Source: Planctomycetota bacterium
Lineage (GTDB): Bacteria > Planctomycetota > B15-G4
Length of the DNA stretch: 64,000 bases
Assembly (NCBI GenBank): GCA_965248575.1
Contig: CBDFJQ010000002.1
Span: 2,144,001-2,208,000 of the forward strand
Direction of reading: 5' to 3'
Under the pieces are notes generated by a model that saw only the letters and a list, made by a program, of their open reading frames with translations, was not told the origin of the DNA and did no database searches. This document shows, piece by piece, positions 38,756 through 47,989 of the stretch; the stretch's first letter is position 1, and the number at the start of each line of letters is the position of its first letter. Made by a program: the position numbers and the translations under genes.

Positions 38756-40029
38756 GGGCTGGGCCCACCTGGCCTGCGCAAGTCAGCCGCGCGCGCGTGC
38801 GCCTCAAGACCTTCGAGGCGCGCCAACTGCGCAGCGTCCTCTGCGAGCACCGCTGCCGCCTGCGGGTCGTCCACCCGCATCCAGGTGCGCACCGCCAGGA
38901 AGTCGAACACCGACAGCCCCCCCACGTGGCGCGCGGTGCCACCGGTGGGCAGCACGTGGTTGGGGCCAGCACCGTAATCCGCCAGCACCTCCGCAGCGTT
39001 TTCTCCGATGAACACCGCACCGAAGTGCCGCAGGCGTTGGGCCGCAGCTTCGCTGTCCTCCAGGTGCAAAGCCAGGTGCTCGGAGGCGATCACATCGCAG
39101 AGCCCCAACGCCTGCTCCAGGCTCTCTGCCAGCACGGCGAAGCCGCCAGTAGCCAGCGAGGCGCGGGCGGTGTTGGCCGTGGGCAGCCCGCTCAACTGCA
39201 ACTCCAACTGCTGCTCCACCGCCTCCAGCAGGGCGGCGCTCAGGCTGATCAGCATGGGCCCCGCATCCACGTCGTGCTCGGCTTGGGCCAGGAGGTCCGC
39301 CGCCACCCGCGCGGGGTCCGCGGAGTCGTCCGCCAGCACCAACAGTTCGGACGGCCCGGCCAGGAACTCGATCTTGGTGCGGCCGGAGACGAGCTGCTTG
39401 GCCGCGGTGACCCAGCGGTTCCCGGGACCCACCACTGCAGCGCAGGCCGGGACCACACCGGCCCCAAGAGCCAGCGCCGCCACGGCCTGGGCGCCACCCG
39501 CTGCCAACAAGGCGTCGGCGCCCGCCACGGCGGCGGCTCCCAGGGTCACCGCCGTCGGACGCGGGGAGGCCACCCACACCTCGCGCACCCCGGCCACTCG
39601 GGCCGGGATCGCCGTCATCAGCACGGAGGACGGTAGAGGAAAGCGCCCGCCTGGGGCGTAGCAACCGGCCCGCTCCAAGGGCACCAGTCGATGCCCGGCC
39701 CGCCCTCCGGGAATGGCCACGTCCAAGTCGCTGAGACAGGCCCGCTGCGCCTCGGCGAAGCCCCGGATGCGCTGGGCCGTGCGCTCCAAGAGCTCCTGTT
39801 GGTCTCGAGGCAGGCTCGCGAAGGCGGCCTTCAGCTCCGCAGGCCCGAACACCAGGGGCGTGTCGGGCAGCCAGTCGTCGAGCCGTTGGGCGTGTTCGCG
39901 TAAGGCCTGCTCACCGCGCTCGGCCACGTCGTCCACGATGGACCGGGCGGCCTGCAAGGTGGCCTCATCCACAGCGTCCGGACGGGCTCGCGCCACATCG
40001 CTTGCCGCCACGCGCTTCAACAAAGGCAT
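38752..40029 (-). CDS. hisD: Histidinol dehydrogenase
   Basis: YAPGG..PLPSSVLM, GPGNRWV, AGPSE, QAEHD, EHL, DYGAGPNHVLPT. Confidence 0.95.
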   Translation of the reverse strand: MPLLKRVAASDVARARPDAVDEATLQAARSIVDDVAERGEQALREHAQRLDDWLPDTPLVFGPAELKAAFASLPRDQQELLERTAQRIRGFAEAQRACLSDLDVAIPGGRAGHRLVPLERAGCYAPGGRFPLPSSVLMTAIPARVAGVREVWVASPRPTAVTLGAAAVAGADALLAAGGAQAVAALALGAGVVPACAAVVGPGNRWVTAAKQLVSGRTKIEFLAGPSELLVLADDSADPARVAADLLAQAEHDVDAGPMLISLSAALLEAVEQQLELQLSGLPTANTARASLATGGFAVLAESLEQALGLCDVIASEHLALHLEDSEAAAQRLRHFGAVFIGENAAEVLADYGAGPNHVLPTGGTARHVGGLSVFDFLAVRTWMRVDDPQAAAVLAEDAAQLARLEGLEAHARAADLRRPGGPSP

Positions 40030-41294
40030 CAGCCATCCTCCGGCTTGCGGTCGCCCGGGCGGCGGCTCACAGCACGGTGCCGCCGTCGCAGCTCTGCTTC
40101 CACGTCCGAGAGTTCCACCCCGGCGGCCGCCATGCGGACGAGGGTGAAGTACAGCACGTCCGCCGCCTCGTGACAGACGTCCTCGGGGCTGCGCGCCTCG
40201 GTCAGTTCGCGCGCCTCCTCCAGGAGCTTTGCGTCGAGCAGGCCCTGCTCCTCGAACAGGCGCCGGGTGTAGGAGCCCTCTGGAGCGTGGTCGCGCCGCT
40301 CTCGGGTCAGGCGCGCCAGCCACGGGAGGCCGCCATCCTCGCCGAAGCAGCCCCGGGTTCCGAGGTGGCAAAAGCCGCCACCCTCTTGGCGCACCGTGAA
40401 GCGCAAGGCGTCGCGATCGCAGTCCGGCGTGATGCGCAACAAGGTTTGCACGTCGCCCGAGGACTCGCCCTTGACCCACAGGCCCCGGCGCCGGGAGTGG
40501 TAGATGCCCTGGGTCTTCTGCACCGCCGCGCGCACGCTCTCGGCGTCCGAGTAGACCAACCCCAGCGTCACGCCGTGTTCGTCCGCCACCACCGTCGGCC
40601 ACAGCCCATCCACGCGGTCGCTGCGCAGGGGGGCGGCGACAGCGTCTCCGAGATCCATTCGGCCGGTGTAGAGCGCCATGCCCACCTGGGCGTCCACCCC
40701 CAGGGCATCCAGGGCCCCCACCTCCTCGGCCGTGGTGACGCCGCCCGCCAGGGTCAGCCGCACGTCGCCGGCCGCGTCGCGCAGGCGCTCTACAAGCTCC
40801 AGGTCCACGCCACCCATGCGGCCCTCGCGTTCCACCAGGGTGACGAGGAAGCCGCCCACGTACGGGCGCAAGGCCTCCATCCGCGAGAAGACATCCTGGC
40901 CCGTGCCCTTGGTCCAACCCTCCACGACCACCTCGCCATGGCGCGTGTCCAGGGCCGCCATGACCCGCTCCCGGGGCAGTTGGCCGAGCAGTTCCGGGCT
41001 GGCTGCGGTCCCGAGGATGATCTTCGACGCACCGGCGTCCAACCAACGGGTCGCTGTCGCCAGGTCGCGGATGCCGCCGCCTATGCGCACGTCTGCCACG
41101 GCGAGCACACGCTTCACCAACTCCTCGTTGTTCCCCGTCCCCAGGGCGGCGTCGAGGTCGATGACCGCCAGCTCCCCCGCCACCCGGAAGCGCTCCGCGA
41201 TGGCCACGGGTTCCCCGGCATCCAGGGCGAGCTGCTCGCCGCCCACGAGCTGCACCGTGCTGCCGTCCTTCAGGTCGATGGACGGAATGATCAC
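40029..41294 (-). CDS. hisAIE: Trifunctional HisA-HisI-HisE fusion
   Basis: HisA: IIPSIDL, IDLDAA, GGGIR, AGG; HisI: YHSRRR.LWVKGESSG, DCD.D, CH....CF; HisE: SYT..L, KLLEEA.E, EAADVLY. Confidence 0.9.
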   Translation of the reverse strand: MIIPSIDLKDGSTVQLVGGEQLALDAGEPVAIAERFRVAGELAVIDLDAALGTGNNEELVKRVLAVADVRIGGGIRDLATATRWLDAGASKIILGTAASPELLGQLPRERVMAALDTRHGEVVVEGWTKGTGQDVFSRMEALRPYVGGFLVTLVEREGRMGGVDLELVERLRDAAGDVRLTLAGGVTTAEEVGALDALGVDAQVGMALYTGRMDLGDAVAAPLRSDRVDGLWPTVVADEHGVTLGLVYSDAESVRAAVQKTQGIYHSRRRGLWVKGESSGDVQTLLRITPDCDRDALRFTVRQEGGGFCHLGTRGCFGEDGGLPWLARLTRERRDHAPEGSYTRRLFEEQGLLDAKLLEEARELTEARSPEDVCHEAADVLYFTLVRMAAAGVELSDVEAELRRRHRAVSRRPGDRKPEDG

Positions 41295-42067
41295 GGCTGC
41301 AGCTCGGGGGGTACGTCGAGCCGCACCGCGAGCCCGGCCTGGGCCAACTGTGTCTTGAGGACGTTCACCGTGTACTCCCCGAAGTGGAAGATGGATGCAG
41401 CCAGCACAGCGTCCGCACCGGCCCGCAAGGCCTCGATGAGATGCGCCGGACTCGCCGCCCCGCCCGACGCGATGACGGGGACCTGCACCGCCGAACTCAC
41501 CGCCGCCAGCAGTTCGCAATCGTAGCCGTCCTTCGTGCCGTCCCGATCCCAGCTGGTGAGCAGGATCTCGCCGGCGCCGCGCTCGGCGGCCTCCCGCGCC
41601 CAGGCCACCGCGTCGCGCCCCGTGCGCACCGCCCCCGAGCGCGTCACCACTTCCCAGGCGTCGCCGACCCGAGCCGCATCCAGCGCCAGCACCGTGCACT
41701 GGTTCCCGAAGCGCGTGGCCAAGGCGTCCAGGACCTCCGGCCGCTCCACCGCTGCCGTGTTGATGCCCACCTTGTCTGCGCCGGAATCGAGCAGCGCCTC
41801 CGCGCTCTGCACGTCGCGCACCCCGCCACCCACGCTGAGCGGGATGGACAGTTCCTTGCGCACGCGGCGCACGGTCTCGAGTTGGTTGCCGCGCCCCTCG
41901 GGTGTCGCCGAGACATCCAACACGACGATCTCATCGGCCCCTTGGGCCTCGTAGGCCGCGGCCAGCTGCCCCGGGTCGCCGGCGTCTCGCAAGCCCTGGA
42001 ACTGCACGCCCTTCACCACGCGCCCATCCCGCACGTCGAGGCAGGGGATGATCCGAGAGGTCAGGAT
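41291..42067 (-). CDS. hisF: Imidazole glycerol phosphate synthase, cyclase subunit
   Basis: RIIPCLDV..GRVVKG, GADE...LD, GADKV, GAGEILLTS.DRDGT, ASGGA, LAASIFH; start codon appears non-canonical. Confidence 0.95.
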   Translation of the reverse strand: MLTSRIIPCLDVRDGRVVKGVQFQGLRDAGDPGQLAAAYEAQGADEIVVLDVSATPEGRGNQLETVRRVRKELSIPLSVGGGVRDVQSAEALLDSGADKVGINTAAVERPEVLDALATRFGNQCTVLALDAARVGDAWEVVTRSGAVRTGRDAVAWAREAAERGAGEILLTSWDRDGTKDGYDCELLAAVSSAVQVPVIASGGAASPAHLIEALRAGADAVLAASIFHFGEYTVNVLKTQLAQAGLAVRLDVPPELQP

Positions 42068-42666
42068 GACGCGCCCCCCTTCAGCCAGGCCTCGAGCAAC
42101 CCCAAGCCGAAGCGACCGGACAACTCCGGGTGGAATTGGCACGCGAGCAGGGAACCGCGTTCGAAGGCCGCCACGAAGGGCGCGCCGTGCACGGCCCGGG
42201 CGCAGGCGAGGTCGGGAGGCACCGATTCGAAGCGGTAGGAGTTGGCAAAGTACACGGCTCCATCGCTCAGCATCCGGCACGACGGCTCGGCCTCGATCTG
42301 ATTCCAACCGAGTTGGGGCACGCGCAGCTCGCTCGGGAAGCGCCGCGCCACCGCATCCACGACGCCCAGGCCCTGGACGTCGGGGCTCTCCTCGCTGGCG
42401 CTGCCCAACAGCTGCATGCCCAGGCAGATGCAGAGGGTGGGCAAGCCCTCGGCGATGCGCTGCCGCAGGGGTTCCACGAGCTGCTTCTGTTCCAGCTCGG
42501 TCATGGCGGCCGCGAAGGCGCCCACGCCGGGCAGCACCAGGTGCGTGGCCGTGGCCACCTCCTGGGGTGAGTCCGTGAGCCGGGGCGTGGCGCCGGCGCG
42601 CTCCAGCCCTGCCAGGACGGACGCCGTGTTCGCCGTCCCCGTCTTGACCACCAGCACGTCGGTCAC
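42061..42666 (-). CDS. hisH: Imidazole glycerol phosphate synthase, glutaminase subunit
   Basis: LPGVGAF, ICLGMQLL, VPQLGWN, QFHPE. Confidence 0.95.
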   Translation of the reverse strand: MTDVLVVKTGTANTASVLAGLERAGATPRLTDSPQEVATATHLVLPGVGAFAAAMTELEQKQLVEPLRQRIAEGLPTLCICLGMQLLGSASEESPDVQGLGVVDAVARRFPSELRVPQLGWNQIEAEPSCRMLSDGAVYFANSYRFESVPPDLACARAVHGAPFVAAFERGSLLACQFHPELSGRFGLGLLEAWLKGGASS

Positions 42667-43250
42667 AGCACGCCCTTCGTGCTGGGCACCCCCTGGCTGC
42701 CGTCCCGGCGGACGGCGCGTCGCAGGGCCAGGGCCGTCGCCTTGAAGGCCGCCTCCGCCATGTGGTGGTCGTTGGTGCCGCTCAGCAGGCGGACGTGCAG
42801 GGTCATGTGGGCCGCCATGGCCAGGGACTGCAACACATGGCTCACGTTCTCCGCGGCGAGGGTGCCCAACATCGGCCGCTGCAGGGGGACCTCCACGGAC
42901 GCAAAGGGACGCCCGCTGAGGTCCACCACCGCCCGGGCCAAGGCCTCGTCCAGGGGCGTGAACGCCCAACCGAAGCGCTGGATCCCACGCTTGTCACCCA
43001 GGGCCTGCTCCAGGGCCTCGCCCAGGGCGAGGGCGCAGTCTTCCGCTGTGTGGTGGTCGCTCACGTGCAGGTCGCCCGTACACGCCAGCTCCAGGTCGAA
43101 GCGCGCATGCTTCGTCAGCGCCTCCAGCATGTGGTCGAGGAAACCGATGCCCGTGTCGATCTGCGCCGCGCCGGAACCGTCGAGATTCAACGCGAGGCGG
43201 ATCTGCGTCTCCTTGGTGCTGCGTTCGACGCTGGCGGTGCGGTCGTTCAT
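42663..43250 (-). CDS. hisB: Imidazoleglycerol-phosphate dehydratase (monofunctional)
   Basis: R.TKET.I, GFLDHML, DHHTAED, PLDEAL, NDHH..EA.FKA, PSTKG. Confidence 0.95.
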   Translation of the reverse strand: MNDRTASVERSTKETQIRLALNLDGSGAAQIDTGIGFLDHMLEALTKHARFDLELACTGDLHVSDHHTAEDCALALGEALEQALGDKRGIQRFGWAFTPLDEALARAVVDLSGRPFASVEVPLQRPMLGTLAAENVSHVLQSLAMAAHMTLHVRLLSGTNDHHMAEAAFKATALALRRAVRRDGSQGVPSTKGVL

Positions 43251-44998
43251 GGAAGCAAGCCTACGAGGTCTGAAGGGTCGGACAAGACGCGCCCCGCGCC
43301 GGCGCTCAAGAGAGCGTGAACCATGGAGTCGGCTTCCTGTTCCGGCCCCGGCACCGAACCGAGGTCGCAGGGTGCCGCCAGCCCCAGGGGCAAGACCCGT
43401 GCCGCTCGGGCGGAACGCACATCGTCCGGCGTGTCGCCCAGCATCCAGGCGCGCTCCACACCGAGCTGCTGCAGGGCGAGGGCCACCGGCTCGGGGCTCG
43501 GCTTGGGGGCCGCCTCCCCCATGCACACGGTGGCCGTGAAGACCCCGCTCAGCTCGTGGGTGTCGAGGAAGTGCTGCATGTCTGCCCGGGGGCGCCCGGT
43601 GACCACGGCGCAGGGCAGGCGGGCCGCCAGGTCCAGCAGCGTCTGGCGCGGCATGAGCAAGGTCTCCCTGTCTCTCAAGCCAGGCTTCATGGCGCTGCCC
43701 TGATAGGCGCGCTCGAAGCGCTCCGTCACCTCGTCCAGGCTCAGCTCCACACCGCGCTCAGCGAGCAGGCGTCGGGTGAGGACCCAGTCGTTGTTGGCGT
43801 CCCCGGCGACCTTGGCCGCCGTGATGTCCTGCGCGCTGAGCACCACGCCAAAGCTGGCAGCCGTGTCCAGGATGGCCTGGCGATAGGAGTCGGACACATC
43901 GGCCAGCACGCCGTCCATGTCGAACAGCAGGCCCTGGGGCTGGTAGACGGTGCGCAGGGCGTGCTCGAGGCGCGCGTAGTCCAAAGCGTTGCCAGGGCAG
44001 GAGATGCGCACCGCGTGTTGCAAGACCTCGACACCGGGGAAGGCCCGCACACCGATGCCCAGGCCGGCCATGGCGTCCCGCAACCAGACCGAGTCCGCGC
44101 CGTCCGAGAGGATGAAGTTGGCGGCGCTCTCTTGGGGGCGGAGGCCCAACTCGCTCAAGAGTGCCTGCAGATCGCTGCGCTCCTGATGCACCTGCCCCAC
44201 GTGGGCGCGGAAGCTCTCGGCGGGGCGGCTCATCTGGTCCAGGGCGAGGGCCACCGAGGGGCCGGACACCGGGTAGGGGCTGCCCGCCGCCGCCAGGACA
44301 TCGATCAACTCGCGCCGGGCCACGGCGAAGCCCAGGCGCAGGCCGGCCAAGCCGTAGGCCTTGCTCAGCGAGCGGGTGACCACGACGTTCGGGTGCTGCA
44401 CCGCGCGGGCGGTGAAGTCCTCACCGCCATATTCCACATAGGCGTGGTCCACCAGCACGACGGCATGGGGTGCTGCGGCCAGGACCTGGTCCAGGTCGTC
44501 CGCCGTGGCAACAGCCCCGGTGGGATTGTTGGGTGTCACCAGGGCGACCACGCCGGTCTCGGGGGTGATGGCCTCCAACACCGCCTGCACGGGGTAGGGG
44601 CCGGAGGGCCAGGGCACCGACACCACCTGCGAACCCAGGATTGCCGGGTAGCGCGTGAGCATCTCGAAGGTGGGCTCGGGCAGCACCATGTGCCGCTCCC
44701 GGTCGAGGAAGGCCCGGGCCACGCGGTCGAGGGCGTCGTCCGCCCCGGCGGTGACGAGCACCTCCTCCGGGCAGACCCCTAGGCGCTTCGCCAGCAGCAC
44801 TTCCAGCGGCTGCTTGCTGGGGTAGAGGCGCAGGAGTTCTGCCTCGCGCCCGGCCAGCCGTCCGATCAGGTCGTCCGCAGGCAGCATGCCCTCGTTGCCG
44901 TCCAGGCGCAGGTCCACCGGCGTCGGCGAACGGGGCACGCGATAGGCCACGAGCTGCGCCACACCTGCCGTGGGCCGAAGGGCGCCAGCGTTCTTCAC
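43247..44998 (-). CDS. hisC: Histidinol-phosphate aminotransferase fused to a HAD phosphatase
   Basis: LDGNE, PNNPTG, DHAY, RSLSKAYGLAGLRLG; then FDMDGVL, VTGRP, KPSP, GDTPDD. Confidence 0.92.
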   Translation of the reverse strand: MKNAGALRPTAGVAQLVAYRVPRSPTPVDLRLDGNEGMLPADDLIGRLAGREAELLRLYPSKQPLEVLLAKRLGVCPEEVLVTAGADDALDRVARAFLDRERHMVLPEPTFEMLTRYPAILGSQVVSVPWPSGPYPVQAVLEAITPETGVVALVTPNNPTGAVATADDLDQVLAAAPHAVVLVDHAYVEYGGEDFTARAVQHPNVVVTRSLSKAYGLAGLRLGFAVARRELIDVLAAAGSPYPVSGPSVALALDQMSRPAESFRAHVGQVHQERSDLQALLSELGLRPQESAANFILSDGADSVWLRDAMAGLGIGVRAFPGVEVLQHAVRISCPGNALDYARLEHALRTVYQPQGLLFDMDGVLADVSDSYRQAILDTAASFGVVLSAQDITAAKVAGDANNDWVLTRRLLAERGVELSLDEVTERFERAYQGSAMKPGLRDRETLLMPRQTLLDLAARLPCAVVTGRPRADMQHFLDTHELSGVFTATVCMGEAAPKPSPEPVALALQQLGVERAWMLGDTPDDVRSARAARVLPLGLAAPCDLGSVPGPEQEADSMVHALLSAGAGRVLSDPSDLVGLLP

Positions 44999-45870
44999 GG
45001 CACGATTTGAGAGGGGCGCGTCACCACGAGGTCCGTCCCCCCACGTTCCTTCACGAGGGGGATCAGGGCCGGCAGTTCGTGGCGCGGCACAGCCACCCGC
45101 ACCGCGAAGGCCCGCGCCTCCTGCAGGGGCGACACGGTGGGCGCACGCAAGCCCGGCAGAAGCTCCAGCAGATGGGCCAGCTTCTCCTCGCTCACGTTCA
45201 CCTCGAGCATCAGCTTGTCCCGGGCGTCGAGCACCGACTGCAGCAGGAGCACCAGGCTCTCGATGCGGCCGCGCTTCCCCGGGTCGTCCATCACCCGCGG
45301 GTTGACGTAGAGGCAGGAGGAGGAGGTCATGAGCTCGTCGACGATGGCGAGGTCGTTGGCCTGCAGGGTGGAACCGGTGGCGGTGTTGTCCACGATCAGG
45401 CTGGCGTCCTCCGGCGGGAAGACCTCCGTGGCGCCATGCGAGTGAACGAAGGTGTCGCCCATCCCCCGCTTGTCCATCCAGTCGCGAGTCAGGCGTTCGT
45501 ACTCCGAGGCCACCACCAAGGGACGCTTCGGCAGCTTGCCGTTCTCGAGGATCTCCACCGGAGCCGCCGCCACCAAGCGCACGGGGTTCAAGCCGGTGTC
45601 GAGCAGCTGGACGAGATCCACCTGGTGCTCCGCCACCCAGTCCTTGCCCGCGAAGCCCAGGTCCCGGGAACCCGCGTGCAACATCTCCACGATGTTCTGG
45701 GGCTTGAGCAGTTTGACTTCGTAGCCGGGGATCGAGAAGACCGGCCGGTAGTTCCGCTCGCCCGCCAGGAGGTCAATGCCGGCATCCCGCAGCAGGGCGG
45801 TGACGCCCTCCTGCAAACGCCCTTTGGGGAGCGCGAAACGGAGCGTCGAGGCTGTGTTCTTGGAGTCCAT
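44995..45870 (-). CDS. hisG: ATP phosphoribosyltransferase (long form)
   Basis: ALPKGRL, DLGFAG.D, GATE, IVD...TGSTL..N.L; C-terminal regulatory domain (PTVSPL). Confidence 0.95.
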   Translation of the reverse strand: MDSKNTASTLRFALPKGRLQEGVTALLRDAGIDLLAGERNYRPVFSIPGYEVKLLKPQNIVEMLHAGSRDLGFAGKDWVAEHQVDLVQLLDTGLNPVRLVAAAPVEILENGKLPKRPLVVASEYERLTRDWMDKRGMGDTFVHSHGATEVFPPEDASLIVDNTATGSTLQANDLAIVDELMTSSSCLYVNPRVMDDPGKRGRIESLVLLLQSVLDARDKLMLEVNVSEEKLAHLLELLPGLRAPTVSPLQEARAFAVRVAVPRHELPALIPLVKERGGTDLVVTRPSQIVP

Positions 45871-46075
45871 GAAGGAACCCTACTACGCTGCGCAGGGGCA
45901 GGCACGGGATCCGGGCCACTTCCGGCCAGAAACCCGGGCCCCTTTCAGGGTGCGCCGGCCGCGGGCCCGCCGTCCGCCGACTGCTCCATGGAAACTCCTC
46001 CGACCAGCACGGATGCTCCACGGTCCGGGCCCCGGCCCAGCTCCACCCGCTGATCACGAACCTGGGAGCAGCAGC

Positions 46076-46795
46076 ATGAGTTGGAAGGCTTCGACGCAGG
46101 TCCGCACGTGGCATCGCTGGCTCTCCATCGTGGTGGGACTGCAGCTCTTGTTGTGGACGCTCAGCGGCCTCGTCATGACCTGGGTGCCCATCGCCGAGGT
46201 GCGCGGTGAGCACCTCGTCGCCGAGCTCGACTCAGCTGAGTGGCCAGGGGAACATGCTCCGCCCGCTCTGACCCCTCCCGCTCTGCTCCCCACCGGCACC
46301 ACCCAGCTGCGCCTCGCCCGCCTGCGGGCTCGCTGGGTGTGGCACGCCTTGGACAGCGGCTCGGCGACGCTGGCGCTCTGGGACGCGACGGACGGCAGCG
46401 CCATGACTCCGATGACGGAGGAGCAGGCGTCCGTGCAGGCGCAGCGACTCTTCGCGGGGGACGGACAGGTCAGCTCGACCCAGTGGACCACCGAAGCGCC
46501 CTTGGAGTACCGCGGCCAACCGGTCCCCGTCTGGCGGGTGCAGTTCGACGATGAGGAGCAGTCGGCGCTCTACTTGGACCCCCTGACGGGTGAGCTGCGC
46601 AAACTGCGCACGGACACCTGGAGGCGCTTCGACTTCTTCTGGATGCTGCACATCATGGACTACGAGCAGCGCACGGACTTCAACCACCCGCTGCTCCAGG
46701 TGGCCGCTGGCTTTGGAGTCACGACCGCCCTGACAGGACTTTGGCTGGCGGTGCTGGTGCTGCGCTCGCGGCGACGTCAAGCCGCGGGAATCTGA
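46076..46795 (+). CDS. PepSY-associated TM helix domain protein
   Basis: WHRWLS..VGLQLLLW..SG, EYRG...PVW.V, WR.FDFFWMLHIMDY..R..FNHP. Confidence 0.85.
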   Translation: MSWKASTQVRTWHRWLSIVVGLQLLLWTLSGLVMTWVPIAEVRGEHLVAELDSAEWPGEHAPPALTPPALLPTGTTQLRLARLRARWVWHALDSGSATLALWDATDGSAMTPMTEEQASVQAQRLFAGDGQVSSTQWTTEAPLEYRGQPVPVWRVQFDDEEQSALYLDPLTGELRKLRTDTWRRFDFFWMLHIMDYEQRTDFNHPLLQVAAGFGVTTALTGLWLAVLVLRSRRRQAAGI

Positions 46796-46799
46796 GCCC

Positions 46800-47927
46800 A
46801 TGCGAATCGGTCTCGACTACTGGCCTGCCACCACTCACGCCCCCGGCGTGGGGCGCTACGCCCGGGAGCTGACTCGCGCCCTCGCGGGCTTGCCTCAGCT
46901 CGGACCCACGGAGGGACACGGCCTCTCGCTGCTGGAGTTTGGCCTGGGTGCCCAAACCGTCGGCGAGCTCGGCCTGGACCCGACCCAAGTTTCCGTTCGT
47001 CGTCGTCGCGTCTTGCTGCCCCGACGCCTGATGGGCGCAACTTGGATTCCCGCGGCCGACACACTGTGTGGTTCCGTCGATCTCTTTCATCACATCGTGC
47101 CGGGGCTGGCCCGTGTGCGGCGCGCCGCCCAGTGCATCACCCTGTCGGAGATCCCAGCGGAGGGCAGCGCGGCCGCCGCTCGCCTCACGCAAGCCCTCCA
47201 GCCCATGGATGCGGTCTTCGTCTTCTGTGAAGCTGCTGCCCAGGAGGCGGCCGCCAGCCTGGGCGTTCCTACCGAGCGTCTGCGGGTGGTGCCCGTGGGT
47301 TGCGACCACTGGAGCCGCGAGCCCGCCCCCCACGACGAACGCGAGAGCACGTCGGGCTCAGAGGAGGCCCCCGTGCTGCTGGTGCTCGGAACCCCACAGG
47401 CGCGCCGACAACCCGAACGGATCCTGGACGCCTTCCGGGTGCTGCGCGAGCGGGGTGTTTCCTGCCGCCTGAGGTTCGTCGGCGGTGCCGAGCCCACACC
47501 CGGCCCGGTGTCACAGGCCGTGGCAACCCGCGAGGACGTCTGCCACGACCTGCCCCATGAGCGAGACCTGCCGGCCGTGGTCCGCAGCAGCTCGGCGCTC
47601 GTGCACCTTCACCTGGCGGAAGCGACGGCAGTCACGCCCTTGGAAGCCTTCTCCTTCGGGTTGCCCGTGGTGGCGTCCGACCTTCCAGCCTTCCGTGAGG
47701 CCCTCGGGGGCGAAGCTCTGCTCACCCCACAGGCCGCGCCTTCTGCGGGTGACGGCTCGGGCAGAGCAGCTTCGTCGGGTTCAGAGGCCTTCGCTGACCT
47801 GCTGGAACAAGCGCTCGCCAGTTCCCGCGACGAGCAGGCCTGCGACAGGAGGCGCAAGCTGGCGGCGGGATACAGCTGGGAGCGCAGCGCCGAGGCCACC
47901 TGGGCAGCCTGGGGCAGCCTGATCTGA
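46800..47927 (+). CDS. Glycosyltransferase family 4 (degenerate)
   Basis: GVGRY..EL, PLEAF..G.PVVASD.P..RE, YSWE..A..T. Confidence 0.8.
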   Translation: MRIGLDYWPATTHAPGVGRYARELTRALAGLPQLGPTEGHGLSLLEFGLGAQTVGELGLDPTQVSVRRRRVLLPRRLMGATWIPAADTLCGSVDLFHHIVPGLARVRRAAQCITLSEIPAEGSAAAARLTQALQPMDAVFVFCEAAAQEAAASLGVPTERLRVVPVGCDHWSREPAPHDERESTSGSEEAPVLLVLGTPQARRQPERILDAFRVLRERGVSCRLRFVGGAEPTPGPVSQAVATREDVCHDLPHERDLPAVVRSSSALVHLHLAEATAVTPLEAFSFGLPVVASDLPAFREALGGEALLTPQAAPSAGDGSGRAASSGSEAFADLLEQALASSRDEQACDRRRKLAAGYSWERSAEATWAAWGSLI

Positions 47928-47989
47928 TCGGTCCGCAGAATCGGCTGCGCGCAGGTAGGATGCGGGGCCCGCAAACGGAGCCAGCCCCC

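Noticed and set aside
38752..41046. 764-aa hisD ORF with a long N-terminal extension
   Set aside because: The extension is an alternative frame over hisAIE; HisD similarity starts at ATG 40029
45945..45989. 14-codon uORF with GGAGGAG upstream of hisG as a his attenuator leader
   Set aside because: No His codons and no terminator U-tract; hisG looks leaderless from a nearer -10
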